64,000 bases of DNA from Methanomassiliicoccales archaeon. GTDB lineage: Archaea > Thermoplasmatota > Thermoplasmata > Methanomassiliicoccales > UBA472. Position numbers and translations under genes: made by a program. Under the pieces are notes generated by a model. The model worked only from the letters and a program-made list of their open reading frames with translations. It was not told the origin of the DNA and searched no databases. The stretch covers positions 36,475 to 100,474 of the forward strand of contig DATJOX010000041.1 of NCBI GenBank assembly GCA_035506675.1, given 5' to 3'. Below, one piece after another: positions 62,435 through 64,000 of this stretch; the first letter of the stretch is position 1; each line of letters opens with the position of its first letter.

Positions 62435-62516
62435 CTAGCGACGCGACCAATCTGATTAGACTGCAAGACAGGACATATGGATTCTAAGAATGGTGAGTTC
62501 AGTTGACTTGCAACCA

Positions 62517-64000
<1,484 letters not shown>

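Overview
This is a GC-rich (about 60% by eye), densely coding archaeal chromosomal segment. Most of it is housekeeping.

**Gene content**
- Translation: aRF1, ArgRS, PheRS-alpha, TrpRS, DtdA, r-proteins eS1, eL37, eL41, eL18, uL13 and uS9, RpoN, and an Sm protein.
- Nucleotide metabolism: PurF, PurP, PyrC, PyrH, Adk.
- Energy metabolism: HdrC/HdrB and a hydrogenase maturation protease.
- Other: PdaD, a catalytic-domain-only LplA, several proteases, transporters and GNATs.
- tRNAs: seven genes (Trp, Arg, Ala, Met/CAU, Gln, Pro). Three carry introns, and tRNA-Arg appears to carry two.

**Lineage**
Gene content suggests a Thermoplasmata or Methanomassiliicoccales-like euryarchaeon. This is an inference, not a demonstrated assignment.

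**Most notable observations**
1. A tightly overlapping, RING-less, eukaryote-like ubiquitin cassette lies at 56.3-58.5 kb. It comprises a ThiF-type E1, a 79-aa Ubl ending in GG-stop, a UBC E2 with HPN...Cys, and a JAMM isopeptidase. A shared upstream motif precedes both E1 and Ubl.
2. A Rab/Ras-like small GTPase at 25.2-26.7 kb is translationally coupled to a V4R (Bet3/TRAPP-fold) plus DUF835-like protein.
3. An SLC11/Nramp homologue carries the Mg-type (NRMT-like) binding-site substitutions. It sits in an operon with a 70-aa membrane protein and a soluble PRC-MgtE_N-CBS protein.
4. tRNA oddities: the tRNA-Trp intron holds a box C/D guide with compensatory K-turn changes. tRNA-Arg(UCU) has a canonical intron plus a T-loop intron. 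An eL41 micro-gene sits between these two tRNAs.
5. The ArsA/Get3-like ATPase encodes its P-loop upstream of any canonical start codon.
6. Traces of mobile DNA: an integrase C-terminal remnant abutting tRNA-Trp, an IS5-like fragment beside tRNA-Pro, and a sharply AT-rich island with nested inverted repeats 3' of tRNA-Ala.

**Limits**
Many long ORFs in the supplied track are antisense or alternate-frame artefacts of the high GC content and were rejected. All family assignments come from motif recognition by eye, with no database searches. Start codons are often uncertain.
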